A DNA stretch of 63,734 nt, filler included, from Octopus bimaculoides (taxonomy: Eukaryota): the NCBI RefSeq assembly GCF_001194135.2. It is 5 parts of 5 records of this genome, joined end to end, with 100 filler letters (N's around TTAATTAATTAA, not from the genome) between each part and the next. Parts side by side here need not be neighbours in the genome. Positions count along the whole stretch, not along the records: positions 1 to 31,026 come from NC_069002.1; 4 more parts are not named here. One strand, 5' to 3'. Both the position numbers and the translations under genes were made by a program. Numbering within the stretch: the stretch's first letter is position 1; every line of letters begins with the position of its first letter. The notes below the pieces were generated by a model, which was given only the letters and a program-made list of their open reading frames with translations, searched no databases and was not told the DNA's origin. Shown here in pieces: positions 13,442 through 24,462 of this stretch.

Positions 13442-14235
13442 AATGCCAGATATAGACAACTAGCAACCTGCAGACTTCCTAAATGCGATACCTAACAAAC
13501 AATTACCTTCAATGCTTTTAGTTGTGCAGCTCGCCTGGTGGTTAATCATGTCTCACGCGGCCCAGTTCTCGAAAAATGCTACCCGTATCTGCTCTATGCC
13601 GTCGCTTGTGCTGCTAGAATTACTAGTCAAATCTCCGTCAGATTAGGCATTACTCTCTCAGAAGCAAGGGAAATCGTATTGCATTGCATAGCTTTGTATA
13701 TATAAACAATTGTGGTTGGAACATCTTTGTTCGTTGCTTTGCTCAGATGATGAACCATGTCTCACGCGGCCCAGTTCTTGAAAAATGTTATCAATACCTG
13801 CTCTATACAATCTCTTGTCCGGCTAGAATTACTAGCCAAATATCCTTCACTTCATTCTTTACTCTCTTAGAAAAACTAAAGACGTATTGCATAACGTAGT
13901 TTTGTATATTTAAATATAATCGTGGTTGGAACATCTTTCTTCGTTGTTTTGCTCGGTGATACGGATAAAGAAGATATAAAATGTTGTACATCAGCATAAA
14001 CAGAAAATTCAATTCACGAGAAGGCTTCTCCAACACAATAGCTTTTGCAACCACTATTGCAAACAATATATTTCGTAGCTTTACAATGACAACTGACAGA
14101 AAACTGATAACTGAGAGTCTACTAATATTACAGCCTATCGTCATCACAGCCACTCTGTTTAGTAATGATTGTTCAACACAGTGCAAGTTATATTTAACAA
14201 AAACACATCATATCGTAAACCACACTACCGGTTAA
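13442..14235 (+). pseudogene. Unidentified pseudo-coding region with a tandem 209/210-bp (70-codon) repeat
   Basis: Copies start at 13544 and 13753 (NHVSRGPVLEKCY.YLLY...C.ARITSQIS). The N.GWNIF.RCFA segment occurs at 13708 and 13918. Over the 31 aligned core codons I count 15 substitutions: 4 first-position, 1 second-position and 10 third-position. The frame of copy 2 continues into ORF 13981-14235 through three stops. Confidence 0.35.
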
Positions 14236-14790
14236 ATGAAGAGAAAATAAACAAAACTAATTTTGACTTCCAGACGCTGTATGAATATTTCTGCTATCTA
14301 GTTTCTAGGTAATAGACCGATGAAGATATCACAGATCATGTAACATACAAGTAATCTTCTCTTTTCCATCAACAAGCACGACGGGAAAAAAGACGGCTGT
14401 GTCCTAGATACTTGTGTGAAACCATTTACATAAGAATTAAAACTTTACAGGTTGTCAGCGAAAGGAGACGACACTGTTTATATGCCATTGAAGACATTCA
14501 TTTAAACTGAATTCTTTTTCTCGAGACTGAAGTTTCAAACTTCTGTATACTTCAGATGCGAGTTGTATTTTTGTGACATCTGGGTCAGTTTCATGCACAT
14601 TGGGGTGAGTTTCTGCCTTTCGTTTCCAGTGAAAATTTTCTCATGGTATTCTTATTAGCCTTACCCTATGGTTGTTATTGTTTCATCGTCCAGCTTTTGG
14701 TTGTTGTACCGTTGTCTACAGAAGAAAAAAACAAAAACCCCTATCAGTAATACACATAAACGTAAAATTTTCGTTGACTCGGTGCTATAA

Positions 14791-14885
14791 TATAAGACAC
14801 TTGCCCAAGGTGCTACACAGTAGAACTGAACCCGGACTTGTGTAAATGGGAAGCAAGCTTCCTATCACACAGCTACGCCTGTGCC
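14791..14885 (-). mobile_element. SINE family B head (duplicated at 17312-17405)
   Basis: Reverse complement of the family B 5' end: CACTTGCCCAAGGTGCTAC.CAGTAGAAC.GAACCCG. Confidence 0.75.
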
Positions 14886-15354
14886 TTTTGAGTTTTTTTT
14901 TTTTTTTGAGGTTTTTAAAAATAATGGCAACAGCTATATTGACAAATCTACTTGATTGATTGGCTGAGCAGACAATTAGTCAAACAATCGATGAGCTAAT
15001 TGTTTAAACACTTGACTAATAAGAATAAAAGAAATAGAACAAGGGCGCGTGTTTATTATGGATATAAAAAAGCTCCGGAGACACAGCAGTATTTTTTTCT
15101 TTACAACTATCTTTTTCTTTCTAGACTTTCGAATTCATTGGTTTTCAAAGAAAGAAAGAAAGGTTTCCTTTTGTTTATGTTTGGAAGCTATTAAGAATTT
15201 TCCATTATTTTATATCAGGCTCTTTTTAAAGTCAAACACTAGGTATTGTATAGTGAATGTTTAACTGCATAAGGCCCCCACCTCCCTGTAGTTGTAGTAA
15301 ATATGTTTTTTCCTATCTCTTTTTTTTTTTTGTAATCGCGTATTCTAAAAGTGA

Positions 15355-15630
15355 AGACACGTGGCGTAGTGGTTTGTCTGTCGCACTCACGATCTCTAGT
15401 TCGTAGTCTTGATTCCCAAACCGGACGGCGCGTTGTTTTCCTGAGCAAAACACTTCATTTCACGTTGCTCCAGTCCCGGATCTCAATCAATGGAGGTGGG
15501 TTGTTGGCCTGTTCGCCTAGCTAGCTGGGTGACATCATTTGAACCTTAAAACAATGCATAGCGCATTGTGACCAGAGAAATGTAACAGCCTCTGATAGTC
15601 TGGTTGGTCACGTGATAACGTGACCACGTG
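15355..15630 (+). mobile_element. tRNA-derived SINE (family A-type head and core, different tail ending in CACGTG repeats)
   Basis: A-box GTGGCGTAGTGG, degenerate B-box TTGATTCCC, core GCGTTGTTTTCCTGAGCAAAACACTTCATTTCACGTTGCTCCAGTCC, and tail GGTCACGTGATAACGTGACCACGTG. Confidence 0.7.
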
Positions 15631-15694
15631 TATTCTATATACAGTTGTTTCTTTTATTTTACTGTCTTATCAATTAACAGGCATGCCTTTTGTC

Positions 15695-15925
15695 ATAAGT
15701 TTTTGATGACAGTGCCTCTCTGTATGTATTGTATAGTCACAAAATTCTCCCTCAGTGACTGAGTGTTGTTCATACAAGTTCTTAAGGAGCGGAAGATCAT
15801 AGTGACGGCGTATGCTCCAGTGTAAATATTGAGCAACTCGATCATACCTACTTTTATATTCTGTAAGGGCAAGGACCGAACGACAATATTCGCCGGAATG
15901 TTATTTTGATGCTCGTTGACCACAA
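15695..15925 (-). mobile_element. R4/Dong-clade non-LTR retrotransposon fragment (CCHC-adjacent region)
   Basis: The minus frame reads HSGEYCRSVLALTEYKSRYDRVAQYLHWSIRRHYDLPLLKNLYEQHSVTEGEFCDYTIHTER. This matches the R4/Dong pattern C..LA..EY..RHD.VA..LHW...KNWYEH.P...WD..I.TDR. Confidence 0.8.
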
Positions 15926-16040
15926 GTTTCCTGAAATCTCAAGAATATTTCGTAAGATTCTTGGAGAATATATAGGACGTACTTTTCTAAAAGTCTACAG
16001 TATGAATCTCGGTTCTAATATCTATTAGTCTGTTAGGTAG

Positions 16041-16378
16041 CATTATTATGCTGGATACGGTGGAAAGTGTCAGCTACCCACAGCCAGCAGGCAACGGTGA
16101 CACTTGTTTACTGATCATACTTCAAAAAGCCTGAAAAACTCTTGAAGTTACGAGATATGGTGATTTTTGTAGGTGTTCAATCTTTACATTGGTACAAATC
16201 TTTTTGATTCACGTTGGTAGTTGAGTGTTGATACTTCCAAGCACGCCAATCGCTATTTGCATCATATCCACTCTCTTCATTGCCCATAGCTTGCGTATTT
16301 CCCACTTCAATTCATCATAGCTGTTCACTTCTTTCTTTTCAATCCTCTTGTCACAAGGACATGCTGTGCCGATTGTTC
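16041..16378 (-). mobile_element. R4/Dong-clade 3' end (restriction-like endonuclease C-terminus and 3' UTR)
   Basis: The minus frame reads TACPCDKRIEKKEVNSYDELKWEIRKLWAMKRVDMMQIAIGVLGS...KIEHLQKS, the R4/Dong REL tail. It ends in a short ATAATAAT. Upstream sequence is lost in (CTT)n and a gap. Confidence 0.8.
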
Positions 16379-16397
16379 TTCCTCTTCTTCCCCTTCC

Positions 16398-16428
<31 letters not shown>

Positions 16429-17311
16429 CNNNNNNNNNNNNNNNNNNNNNNNNNNNNNNNNNNNNNNNNNNNNNNNNNNNNNNNNNNNNNNNNNNNNNNN
16501 NNNNNNNNNNNNNNNNNNNNNNNNNNNNNNNNNNNNNNNNNNNNNNNNNNNNNNNNNNNNNNNNNNNNNNNNNNNNNNNNNNNNNNNNNNNNNNNNNNNN
16601 NNNNNNNNNNNNNNNNNNNNNNNNNNNNNNNNNNNNNNNNNNNNNNNNNNNNNNNNNNNNNNNNNNNNNNNNNNNNNNNNNNNNNNNNNNNNNNNNNNNN
16701 NNNNNNNNNNNNNNNNNNNNNNNNNNNNNNNNNNNNNNNNNNNNNNNNNNNNNNNNNNNNNNNNNNNNNNNNNNNNNNNNNNNNNNNNNNNNNNNNNNNN
16801 NNNNNNNNNNNNNNNNNNNNNNNNNNNNNNNNNNNNNNNNNNNNNNNNNNNNNNNNNNNNNNNNNNNNNNNNNNNNNNNNNNNNNNNNNNNNNNNNNNNN
16901 NNNNNNNNNNNNNNNNNNNNNNNNNNNNNNNNNNNNNNNNNNNNNNNNNNNNNNNNNNNNNNNNNNNNNNNNNNNNNNNNNNNNNNNNNNNNNNNNNNNN
17001 NNNNNNNNNNNNNNNNNNNNNNNNNNNNNNNNNNNNNNNNNNNNNNNNNNNNNNNNNNNNNNNNNNNNNNNNNNNNNNNNNNNNNNNNNNNNNNNNNNNN
17101 NNNNNNNNNNNNNNNNNNNNNNNNNNNNNNNNNNNNNNNNNNNNNNNNNNNNNNNNNNNNNNNNNNNNNNNNNNNNNNNNNNNNNNNNNNNNNNNNNNNN
17201 NNNNNNNNNNNNNNNNNNNNNNNNNNNNNNNNNNNNNNNNNNNNNNNNNNNNNNNATATATATACGATATTATTATACACACACACACACACACATATCG
17301 ACACGACGCTG

Positions 17312-17405
17312 TATAAGGCACTTGCCCAAGGTGCTACGCAGTAGAACCGAACCCGAAATTGTGTAAATAGAAAGCAAACGTCCTTAACACACAGCCACGC
17401 CTAGG
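17312..17405 (-). mobile_element. SINE family B head (paralog of 14791-14885)
   Basis: Same sequence as 14791-14885, including the atypical TTGTGTAAAT variant. Confidence 0.75.
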
Positions 17406-17988
17406 CCTTTTGAGTTCTTCTTTAGGTTTTTGAGAATAATGGTAACAGCTATATTACCTCTTCCTGTTGACTTAGTCAAACCGAAAATAACGTGACAAGA
17501 ACTGGTTCCATTTGCCATTTATTTTGAAAGTATAAAATGACAAGAGAATATCCTGTCTTGTTAGCAGGAATGCATCAAAGAATTGTTTCTAGTGTTGTTA
17601 GGAAATGAAAAGAATTCCTGGTGATTGTATTTCAAAACGGAATAAAAGAATAAATAATGTTTTTTTTTTATCTTACAAAATCCGGTTCCATAAAATATCA
17701 TATCTAAACAGAAATTCTGAGATATTGATGTTGATATTGTCGATACCATTGTTGATGTTGTTGTATTGTTCTTGGTGATAATGAAGGTATCGCCGGTGTT
17801 AATAATAGTTATGAATATTATAGTTGTGATGATGATCAGAGTATTAAGTGTTGATATCCATGATGAAAACATTACAAAGAATTACACATTTCCGTCGAAT
17901 AAACGGTGGCCCCAACAAGAAGATGTAGAATACATCAAGCATTGCAGCATATAGCCTTCCTTTGTAAGTCTCTGTTTCTCTCTCTGTG

Positions 17989-18019
<31 letters not shown>

Positions 18020-18519
18020 TTATATATATNNNNNNNNNNNNNNNNNNNNNNNNNNNNNNNNNNNNNNNNNNNNNNNNNNNNNNNNNNNNNNNNNNNNNNN
18101 NNNNNNNNNNNNNNNNNNNNNNNNNNNNNNNNNNNNNNNNNNNNNNNNNNNNNNNNNNNNNNNNNNNNNNNNNNNNNNNNNNNNNNNNNNNNNNNNNNNN
18201 NNNNNNNNNNNNNNNNNNNNNNNNNNNNNNNNNNNNNNNNNNNNNNNNNNNNNNNNNNNNNNNNNNNNNNNNNNNNNNNNNNNNNNNNNNNNNNNNNNNN
18301 NNNNNNNNNNNNNNNNNNNNNNNNNNNNNNNNNNNNNNNNNNNNNNNNNNNNNNNNTATACATGCGTACACACATAGTATCTGTTTTCATGTCCAGTTAT
18401 AACAAAAACAGTTTTACATTAATCTAATGAGTTATCCTATATTTTTGTAGACTACAAATTTATTGATCTTAAACAAGAATGTTGTTGACAATGACTCCGA
18501 AGTTTCGCCCATCTATGGT

Positions 18520-18595
18520 ATCGTTGGACTGCGGTGCATTAAGAGTTAGTTTCTATGAAGGCAAAACTAACTGTAATGCATTGCAGTCCAAAGAT
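18520..18595. ncRNA. 76-nt hairpin, pre-miRNA-like or palindromic repeat
   Basis: GGACTGCGGTGCATTA pairs with TAATGCATTGCAGTCC over 16 bp including two G:U. AGTTAGTTT/AAACTAACT adds 9 bp, and about 6 more basal pairs follow. The loop is about 11 nt. Confidence 0.3.
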
Positions 18596-19351
18596 TGCGT
18601 AGCCATGGGATGCAAATAAATGGGTATAATAATCCATCGGATCTCATTCTTTCACAACACAGTCTGGTTCTTCATTCACTGCAACGCTATTTTTGTTCTG
18701 TTCTGAGCCTCTGAAACAATTAGTCGAATAACATCTACCTTTATAAGAGAATTTCCGAATTTAATCTACCAGTTAATCGATTTTTCTTGGATTCGAATTA
18801 TTGGAACTTGACTCTCGGGTCAATTATCTTACCTTGTAACCTATCTTTTAGGCTATAGGACAAAGTACTAGGAAATAAATGTATTTTTGTTATTTTAAAA
18901 ACCTTTTAAAACGAATTCACATGAAACATTTGGGCGAAAGAAGGCAAGGTTCTGCATGCGAAATGAAAGCCCTGCAAAAAGGAGGACAGAAGCCTGGAGA
19001 ACAGTCAGATGTACATAAAGCCAAAAGTTGCTGTATAAACAGGAACTTCTTTGTGACTTCGAGACTGTATTCGATGTTGAACTGCAGAAAGAAGACGAAA
19101 ATTATCACTGAAAAAAATCGTTGCTTTATTATTATATAATTTATATTAGCATAATAATCTATATTCATATGCAACCCACTGCTTTTGACGAGTACTTCGC
19201 TTGTATACATGCAACGCACGAGCGCGCGTGTGTGTGCAAACACTTCGATACAACTCAATCATATACTTAATATGTTATAAAGTAAGAATGTTAATTTTCA
19301 GGAGATAGAGAAATATATTGTATACTTTCTTGATTAAAATCTAGTTTCTAC

Positions 19352-19387
<36 letters not shown>

Positions 19388-19432
19388 NNNNNNNNNNTGT
19401 TTGCTTAAGTGTATACATATATATATTATAGT

Positions 19433-19466
<34 letters not shown>

Positions 19467-20260
19467 ACATATATGAGTGCATTTGTCTGAGTTTGTTTGC
19501 TTAAGTGTATACATATATATATTATAGTTATATATATATATATACATATGAATATATAAATATATGTACACTTTTATATATTCATATAGATATATGTATA
19601 TAATACAACAATGTATATATCGTTGTGTGCTTGTGATATTGGCTATATGGTGTAATGTTCGTATTTAATTAAAAATGTTTATCGATATATCGATACATGT
19701 TGCACAGAATATTATAGATATAAGACAAACATAGTTATTGGATTCATCCACCCCGTTGATCCACCCGGTTCGTTCACCCAATTATAATGATTAATGTTCT
19801 ATGTAATTTCAAAATATTGTTGTTTTTTCCTCCTTCTCTATTCTTTTTCTCAATCTTTTCTTTGTTTTCTTAGTGGTTTTATAGAAAACGTATACAATTA
19901 TTTATTTTTCTTTGAAGATAATAACCCAAATATTTGATAAATCTCATAGTATATATTTACTTTTCTATTCTTATTTTACCTTATAGATTTTATTCAAAAT
20001 ATTTTCTTAAATTGTTGCGGCGGTGCTGCCGTCATATTGTTATTATTAGCATAACTAACGCAACAAGAATAAACATTTATTTTTGCACTGAATTTAATTA
20101 GAACATTAATAATATATCCTTAAGAAAAAAAGTCCTTCGCCTTTACAAACAAAACAATAAGTTGAAATATTCATTGTGTGGTTTCTACAGTGTTTTCTGT
20201 TTATTACAACTAATGTATTCATTGATCGTACAAGCACACCTTTCTTTTTTTCGTTATCCC

Positions 20261-20347
20261 TTGGAAGTAATCTGTCATCTACCATGTTTACCAGACCTTG
20301 CACCAATTGACTATCATGTTTTCCAGGCATTAGACACATATGCAGAG
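20261..20347 (+). mobile_element. Mariner transposase fragment
   Basis: LEVICHLPCLPDLAPIDYHVFQALDTY matches the mariner 'WEVL.HPPYSPDLAPSDYHLF..L' motif (inside ORF 20162-20431). Confidence 0.8.
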
Positions 20348-21165
20348 CCACACACCCACACACATTACATACTGCACACTAACATACCCACCCCCACCGA
20401 CCTTAACCAACACAGAAAGAAAGCAGACTGACGAACACAATTATATATACTTACACCCCTGGAAAACCTTATACATATGACCCTACTACACATGTCATAT
20501 ACCCCATCCTCACAGGAACACTGCACTCAATAAACGCACACATTTCCCACAAACAAGTTAACTCAAGATAACAAGATACATATAGATTTATTTATATATA
20601 TATNNNNNNNNNNATATATACATATATGCACATATACATATATATACATATATACATATATACATACACACACACATGCACATAGAGAAACATGTACACA
20701 GACACACACACATTCGGGATCGTACTATTTCGGTCATTATCAAGCATTCATGACCAGAGATGAAGATAGACAAGAACCGAACAACTTTGGCCAGACTTGA
20801 AATAATTGATCAATACAATATTGAGCTCACTATAATCAACTACATTCTTCTCAAGACGCACCAATCTTCTTGAAAGGGGAAGAACACTCGAGAGAATGCA
20901 ATTCTTGAAAGCACTAAATAAAGAAGATAATTACGCTTAAACCGTTTCATCCTGGGTTCGAATGACAACAATAAGAGAAAAATAATTGAGTATCAAGAAA
21001 GAGGCCTCGTAGCATTTAACTTAAATATTCGTTTGAATTATTTCCTGTGTCAACTCCTTTCATCAATCAGGTGTTAATGCTCTACTCACATAATGATTTT
21101 TAGGTGTTTTAAAAGCCCTCTTGCCTTAGCGGGTGTTTAATACGAACGAATACCAAACTACGATA

Positions 21166-21442
21166 CAGTTCTATTTTTAAGAGATGAGGAATTATATTCG
21201 TTATTTACATTTGACGGATATTTGTCCTCATCTTGTTTCTTGTTAACACAACTTTTCGGCTGATATACCCTCCAGCCTTCATCAGGTGTCTCGGGGAAAT
21301 TTCGAACCTGGGTTCTCATTCCGAAGGTATTTTTAGATGTTATTATTATCATTATTATTATTATTCAGATCACTGCCTGGAATCGAACTCGGAATCTTTG
21401 GGTTAGTAGCTCGTGCTCTTAACCACTACGCCATATGCCCAC
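21166..21442 (-). mobile_element. tRNA-headed SINE family D with (AAT)n linker and Penelope-type hammerhead tail
   Basis: The minus strand runs GGGCATATGGCGTAGTGGTTAAG (A box), GAGTTCGATTCCAGGC (B box), (AAT)n, then a tail containing ACAC-CTGATGA-AGGCTG-loop-CAGCC-GAAAAGTT-GTGT. The head recurs at 33989. Confidence 0.75.
21246..21289 (-). ncRNA. Minimal type I hammerhead ribozyme motif (one core-adjacent substitution)
   Basis: Core CUGAUGA and GAAA are present. Stem II is GGCUG/CAGCC and stem I is ACAC/GUGU, with a GUU triplet at the cleavage position. GAAAAGUU replaces the expected palindromic GAAACGUU. Confidence 0.6.
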
Positions 21443-21768
21443 GGGCGTATGGCGTAGTAGTAAATAATGTAAACCAAGCTACGATGTTGCAAACTGACTT
21501 ACTTAACCACACAGCTATAAGTGTACTCACGAGCTCAAGTGTGTGCTGAACAATATACGAATATTTCTTATATTTTATTCTTGCAAATATTTAATTATCT
21601 ATATTAAATTCTAAGTAGATATTACATTTATTGGATTTCTTATGAGCGCGTAAGATTTCATAATTTTGTATATATTTATTTTGAACTCAAATTATTTGCT
21701 TATTTATTACCATAGTAGCTCGATGTTACGTTCATTTATTATACATATCAATATTACCTGATACCTGC

Positions 21769-22115
21769 AGGCAGCGAGCTGACAGAATCGTCAGCACGCC
21801 GGAAAAAATGCTTAGCTGCATTTCGTCCGTCTTTACCCTCTCAGTTCAAATTCTCTCGAGGGTTAAATTTACCATTCATTCTTGGGGGGGGGGGGCAAGG
21901 AAATGAGCAGCAGGTGAGCACTGACAGAATCGTTAGGAAACTGCTTACCGGAAATACATCCATGTTTACCTTTAATTTCAAATTTCCTTTGGTGAACTTT
22001 ATCTTTCATCCTTTTGGGGGTGATAAAATAAGTACAGTTAGGTACTTCGGTCGATGTCATCGACTTATCTGCTTCCCGAAATCGCTAGCTCTGTGCCAAA
22101 ACGTGAAACCAATAT
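21769..22115 (+). mobile_element. Two tandem copies of tRNA-derived SINE family C
   Basis: GGCAGCGAGCTGACAGAATCGTCAGCACGCCG...GTTCAAATT, then a second copy CTGACAGAATCGTTAG...CTTTCATCCTTTTGGGG.TGATAAAATAAGTAC...TGTGCCAAAA.GTGAAACC. Confidence 0.75.
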
Positions 22116-22587
22116 TAGTTACTTCTTTACGAGGTACAGCTACACCCTGTGTAATGACGATAGTTTCGTAACTGTCATTTAAATTTCTATTCATTCCACA
22201 AGTATTTTCACTAAATTGAATTTTCATCAAGAGAGAATCGAAAACGAATGTATTTCTTGTTCAAAGAATTAGTTTTTTTCTCATTGAGAGGAATTAATAA
22301 TATTAGTACAATTGTGAAAAAGATAATAGAATTTTGGTTTAAGGGGTGAAAATAACGAAGAGCTCTGAGATGGAGAATATATTTGAACCGAAAGCTTAAA
22401 AAGGTTAAATGGAAAATAGAAAGCAACAAACAATGAAAATACAAGGAAAATATAAAATAAATATACAATAAACAGAAAATAAAGAGAAGAAAATAGAAAA
22501 CAGACGGAAGAAAATTAGATTATAAATGTGGTATATTACAGCAGACGTTAAGTGTAGACATTGTGCGGGTATATATATATATATACA

Positions 22588-22658
<71 letters not shown>

Positions 22659-23286
22659 ATGTATGTGAGAATGAGAGTGTGTGAGAGAGAGATAGTGTGC
22701 ATGTGAGAATCAGTGTGTGTGTGTGTGAAGGAGAGAGAGTGAGTGTATTTTCGTGTACGTGTACGTGAGAGAGTGTATGATTGGGTATGGTTGAGAGAAA
22801 GAGTGTATAGGTTTGTGCATGAAAGAAGGAGAAAGAAAGTCTGCGTGTATGTGAGAGAGAGAGTGTGTGTGTATGTGTGAGAGAGAGAGGGAGAGGGAGG
22901 GAGGGAGAGGGAGAGGGAATGTTTGTATGTATGAAAGAGATGTGTGCGTGTGTACAGAAAAGAGCTTGAGAAAACGTGTATGGCTGAGTGCATATGTGTG
23001 TGTGATAGAAAAAAGAGTGTGTGTGTGTGCGCGCGCACGTGAGTATGTGCGTGTGTGCCTCTGTGTGTGTGTGTCTGTGTGTGTGTGTGTCTGTGTGTGT
23101 ATCTCCAATGTAAACTTCAATGTTGCGACTTAAAATGTTTTTATATATATGTCTTGAGGGAACAATTTCTACTGAAATATATCACCTAATCACCGTAAAC
23201 ATAATATATGATATATAGTATAAAATAATGAAATAAATACGATGAAAATAATATATTAAAGTCAATGCTTGAGTGCCAGGTGAAAA

Positions 23287-23320
<34 letters not shown>

Positions 23321-23456
23321 CATTATTATTATTATCATTATCATTATGCCAGCGGTATAAACAATGTCTGAGAAAAGCAGGATAGTACATTGAATTATGT
23401 TCTTGCTCGATAAAGTAAATAGAAAAAGAAGTAAAAAATGACATATATATATGTGA

Positions 23457-23491
<35 letters not shown>

Positions 23492-23646
23492 NNNNNNNNN
23501 NNNNNNNNNNNNNNNNNNNNNNNNNNNNNNNNNNNNNNNNNNNNNNNNNNNNNNNNNNNNNNNNNNNNNNNNNNNNNNNNNNNNNNNNNNNNNNNNNNNN
23601 NNNNNNNNNNNNNNNNNNNNNNNNNNNNNNNNNNNNNNNNNNNNNN

Positions 23647-23694
<48 letters not shown>

Positions 23695-24344
23695 AATATA
23701 TGTATAAATACAAAAATATGTATATACACGCACTCATATGCGTGTGTGTGTGTGTGTGTTTGTGTGTATGTATGTGTGTGTGTAATATCATTCATTCGTT
23801 ATTCGTTAGTCAACAATATCGAAGCACGATGGAAATTCCCCGAAGGAAGAAAACAGTCAAATTTCAAATTGCTTTTAAAAGACGTTGATAAATTCTTTGG
23901 TTGAGACGAAGAATACATTCCCAGAGTCATTTTGGTTTTTCGGGAAGTGAAATAGCAATAACATTAATAACAGAAAAGAATAATTAAGATAGGAAATATA
24001 ATGAAATATTAGGGCAAGAGAAAAAGCAACAAGGTCAGCGTTATTTATAGAGCACAACCTATATATTTGTCAGAAAAAATGTCAGACATTACATACACTG
24101 TCCCATTTTCTGTTTTTCTTAGTCAGACACATTGATAAACGAAACACAAATTCCTGTACCATATCCAATGTCCCACGTCACAGACAATGACAAAGACAGC
24201 ACATGCACATGCACTGTCCCATTCTCAATGTCCCAATGAAAAGCAGAGGCAGGCTCACCACTTATCCTCTCCTATCTTCAATGTCCCTCATCACAGACAG
24301 TGACAAAGACACCGCATGTTCTGTCCCATTTTAACGTCCCAATC

Positions 24345-24462
24345 AAATGGTCGGTCCGAGACTATAGTAGAAAACACTTGCCAAATGTGCCAAGCAGTGG
24401 GACGGAACCCCAAAATATGTGATTGAAAAGAAAACTTCTTACCACACCGAAACGCCTGCGCT
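24345..24462 (-). mobile_element. SINE family B head (diverged)
   Basis: GGTCGGTCCGAGACTATAGTAGAAAACACTTGCC...CAGTGGGACGGAACCC is the reverse complement of the family B 5' end. Confidence 0.65.

Noticed and set aside
13544-13960. CRISPR-like array or C/D snoRNA pair
   Set aside because: There are only two long diverged units and no repeat-spacer structure. ATGATGA occurs in one copy only, with no downstream CTGA box.
21365-21442. tRNA gene calls for this and other A-box/B-box segments
   Set aside because: They continue into shared SINE bodies and lack a complete acceptor stem, so they are SINE heads.
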